A stretch of DNA of 64,000 nt from Terriglobia bacterium (GTDB taxonomy: Bacteria > Acidobacteriota > Terriglobia > 20CM-2-55-15): contig CBDAOY010000009.1 of NCBI GenBank assembly GCA_965198225.1, forward strand, positions 1,184,001 to 1,248,000, given 5' to 3'. Made by a program: the position numbers and the translations under genes. Position 1 is the first letter of the stretch, and each line of letters begins with the position of its first letter. A model generated the notes under the pieces. That model was not told the DNA's origin, did no database searches, and saw only the letters and a list, made by a program, of their open reading frames with translations. This document shows, piece by piece, positions 61,292 through 64,000 of this stretch.

Positions 61292-63071
61292 TTGATTGGG
61301 ACGAGAAGACAACTGCAGGTTCTGGCGATAGCCGCGGTCTTTGCCGTTTCGGCGCCGGCTGTGGCGCAGTTGCCGCAGCAGGAGGTGGATGAAACCTGCA
61401 CGATCGACGGATACGTGGTCCGAATCGGTTCGGGCGAGCCCCTGCGCAAAGCCCAGGTCGTCCTGAGGCCCGAACGTGGACGGAGCCCGGTATTCGGCGC
61501 CGTGACGGACGCGAGCGGACACTTTACCCTCGACGGGATCCCGCCCGGCAACTATCGACTCGACATCGAGCGCGACGGCTACGTCGACCAGGAATACGGG
61601 CAGGTCAGCCCGAGCCGACCCGGCACCGTTCTCGTCTTGTTGCCCGGCCAGCAGGTGAGCGATGTCATCATCAGCATGGTACCCACCGGGACGATCGCCG
61701 GGCGCGTGTTCGATCAAGACGGCGATCCGCTGGTCCGGGCGACCGTCAGGGCCCTGCGCCACGTCTACCAGGACGGCGAAAAGACTCTGACACAGGTCGA
61801 CCAGGCAGTGACGAACGACCTGGGCGAGTACCGGCTTTACTGGCTCGATCCGGGCGACTACATCGTGAGCGCCACCTACGAAGCTCGCTTCCGCGGTGCG
61901 GTTGAGTTGGTGGTCCGAGGCGGAGGCCGCGGCCGCGGCGGTCGTGGGACTGGAGCCGGAGGCGGTGGCGGACGTGGACGAGGCCTGCTGGAGCAACCCC
62001 CAACTGAAGAAACTTACGTGGACACTTACTACCCCGGGACCAGCGACCCCACCCTGGCGTCCAGCATCGTTGTCGGAGGGGGCGCCGAAATCCCGGCCAT
62101 CGACTTCAACGTTCTTCCTACTCGGGCTGTCACCCTTCGAGGCAGGGTTGTGAGTCCCTACATCGGGGAAGGAGGGCTCACCCCGATCGTTACCGTCGTT
62201 TCCCGCGACAACGTGGTCGCCGGTAACCGTTTCAATTTCCGTGGAAGCGGAGGTCGTGGCGGTAGAGGGGGCCAGAACCAGGATGGTAGCTTCGAATTGA
62301 CCGGCGTCGCGCCCGGCTCCTACACGCTGGTCGCGATCCTGACCGAACAGGGTCGGTTCGGCCGCACCGGACAGGGACAGTTGGTGGGAACCGCGGACAT
62401 CGAAGTCGGTGAAGACGACGTCGAAGGCCTGCTGATAACGATTATTCCCGGAGTAGCCATACAGGGCCGGGTGCTGGTCGATCAGGGCGCATCCGACGTC
62501 GATCCCACCCGTCTGAGGGTTCGCCTGCAGCCGGACAACAACATGCCCTTCAACGCGCCAAACACCCCTGTGGGCGATGACGGGACTTTCGTACTGGAGA
62601 ACGTCAGTCAGGCGTCATACCGTGCGACAGTCACCGGTTTGCCCCGGGATGCATACCTGGCGGCGGTGCGCTACGGCGGCACCGATGTTTTGTCGGGTGG
62701 CCTACAGGTCATGGGGGATCCCCCGGGCCCGTTGGAGTTCCTCGTCAGTGGAGCGGGCGGCGTTGTCGACGGCTCGATTCAGATTGAGCAGGACAAAGTT
62801 TTCACGGGAGCCCAGGTGGTTCTCGTCCCTGCCGCCGCCCGTGATCGCCGGGACCTCTACAAGACGGCCAGCGTGGATCAGTACGGCAGGTTCACGATCC
62901 GCGGCATCGCTCCCGGCGGCCTACAAGGTGTTCGCCTGGGAGGACGCTCCATCGGGCGCATATCTCGACCCGGACTTCGTGCGCGCGTACGAGGAGATGG
63001 GGACGTCGGTCGACGTCGACCAGGGCGGTAATGTGCAGGCTCAGGTCTACCTGATCCCGGCCGGCTCATAG
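61292..63071 (+). pseudogene. Exported carboxypeptidase-regulatory-like-domain protein with one frameshift near 62920
   Basis: Repeated GRV.D..G.P / TD..G.F...G..PG.Y units and TYYPGT; the C-terminus YKVFAWE...YLDPDF continues in ORF 62577-63071. Confidence 0.82.
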
Positions 63072-63120
63072 GTGTCAGCTCGGTGGCCGACATTGCAGCA
63101 GCCCGTTAAAATCGTCTTCA

Positions 63121-63195
63121 GCCACGGATTGCACGGATTAAGCGGATTGTTACATCAGAGTCCGCGCAATCCACGACAATCCGCGAAATCCTTGT
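63121..63195. repeat. Inverted nonamer-repeat element (CACGGATT type)
   Basis: gccacggattgcacggattaagcggatt...aatccacgacaatccgcgaaatcc; first 19 bp identical to 28483. Confidence 0.6.
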
Positions 63196-63293
63196 AGAGT
63201 CCGATCGATTCGATTCGTACCCTGTATACTTCCCGGAGGTCGCAGGCTTTACGGTCCGTGGCCAAAACTACTACCGAGAGGAGCCATAGCGGC

Positions 63294-63716
63294 ATGAAGA
63301 AGACCGTCGTTTTGATGAGCGCGATCCTGATTACGACTGCCTGTGCCGTCGCACAATCCAACATGAATGAAACCGAATCCGGCCTAAAATATATCGACCA
63401 TCAGGTAGGTGACGGCGACGAAGCCGTCGCGGGCAAGACCGTCGAAGTTCACTACACGGGATGGCTCTACGCCGACGGCGAACGGGGAGCAAAGTTCGAC
63501 AGCTCCGTGGACCGTGGTGAGCCGTTCAGCTTCCGGCTCGGAGCCAGCCAGGTGATCCGGGGCTGGGACGAGGGTGTCGCGGGAATGAAAGTCGGAGGCA
63601 AACGCGAGCTGTTCATACCGCCGGATCTCGGCTACGGGAGCCGCGGAGCCGGTGGCGTGATTCCTCCGGACGCCACACTGGATTTCGAGGTCGAGCTGTT
63701 GGGAGTTTCGCCCTGA
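63294..63716 (+). CDS. FKBP-type peptidyl-prolyl isomerase with signal peptide
   Basis: [26 protein letters not shown] and [14 protein letters not shown] motifs. Confidence 0.96.
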   Translation: MKKTVVLMSAILITTACAVAQSNMNETESGLKYIDHQVGDGDEAVAGKTVEVHYTGWLYADGERGAKFDSSVDRGEPFSFRLGASQVIRGWDEGVAGMKVGGKRELFIPPDLGYGSRGAGGVIPPDATLDFEVELLGVSP

Positions 63717-63738
63717 CAGTTCTGAAAGTCCGATCTCG

Positions 63739-63766
63739 AGGTGCGCCTTCGCCGGCGCACCTTTTT
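63739..63766 (+). terminator. Rho-independent terminator
   Basis: AGGTGCGCC-ttcgcc-GGCGCACCT followed by TTTT. Confidence 0.85.
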
Positions 63767-63789
63767 CATGTAGGGCTGACTTCAGATGC

Positions 63790-63990
63790 TCATGCCGGTC
63801 GCCCGCCCAGCAGCCGCGCGGGCAGCATGATTAGGCTCCGGAAGAACTCCAGGACGCCCGTCACCACGATGCCCAGGAGCCGAAACGGCAACAGGATGAG
63901 CCAGACGAAGGGATACAGGACCAGGGCCAGCAGGGCCAGCGGCCAGGACAGCACAAGCAGGATGCACCACAACAGAAACTTCACCATCAA
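63790..63990 (-). CDS. Small hydrophobic membrane protein
   Basis: 66 aa, LLWCILLVLSWPLALLALVLYP; GGAGG upstream. Confidence 0.7.
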   Translation of the reverse strand: MMVKFLLWCILLVLSWPLALLALVLYPFVWLILLPFRLLGIVVTGVLEFFRSLIMLPARLLGGRPA

Positions 63991-64000
63991 GTTGACCTCC

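Overview
GC-rich bacterial chromosomal segment, most likely Acidobacteriota (inferred from Hanks kinases with TolB-like propellers, a carboxypeptidase-regulatory-domain protein and a bacterial Tes-type radical SAM gene). Bases 1-19.6 kb are accessory DNA at the 3' side of tRNA-Arg(CCG). They hold a patatin-like gene split by an IS1182 element, a CTAG-flanked MITE abutting a second IS1182, two IS256-family elements with 8-bp target duplications and a decayed tyrosine integrase. An ~11-kb island bounded by a duplicated tRNA 3' half carries three Ser/Thr kinase genes in different states of decay. Bases 19.9-64 kb are mostly core metabolism: an APH-like kinase / APS-kinase-like / AmrS trio, a propeller-MBL fusion, cysteine dioxygenase, an APC permease, an ArcE/cDPGS-like P-loop enzyme, trxB, folB, a tetraether-synthase (Tes/GDGT-MAS) homolog, SufT, YjbQ, an A-type Fe-S carrier, TPP riboswitch-thiC, cysE, 2-oxoacid dehydrogenase E1a/E1b/E2, a 2-oxoacid:ferredoxin oxidoreductase, a CPA2 antiporter with a TrkA-USP partner, PuuD, a serine hydrolase, an SSS symporter, AmpG, Hsp20 and an FKBP. 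There are four CCA-less tRNAs and a dispersed GTAG-type REP/REPIN family. No CRISPR array or rRNA was seen. All protein assignments come from motif recognition by eye, not database searches.
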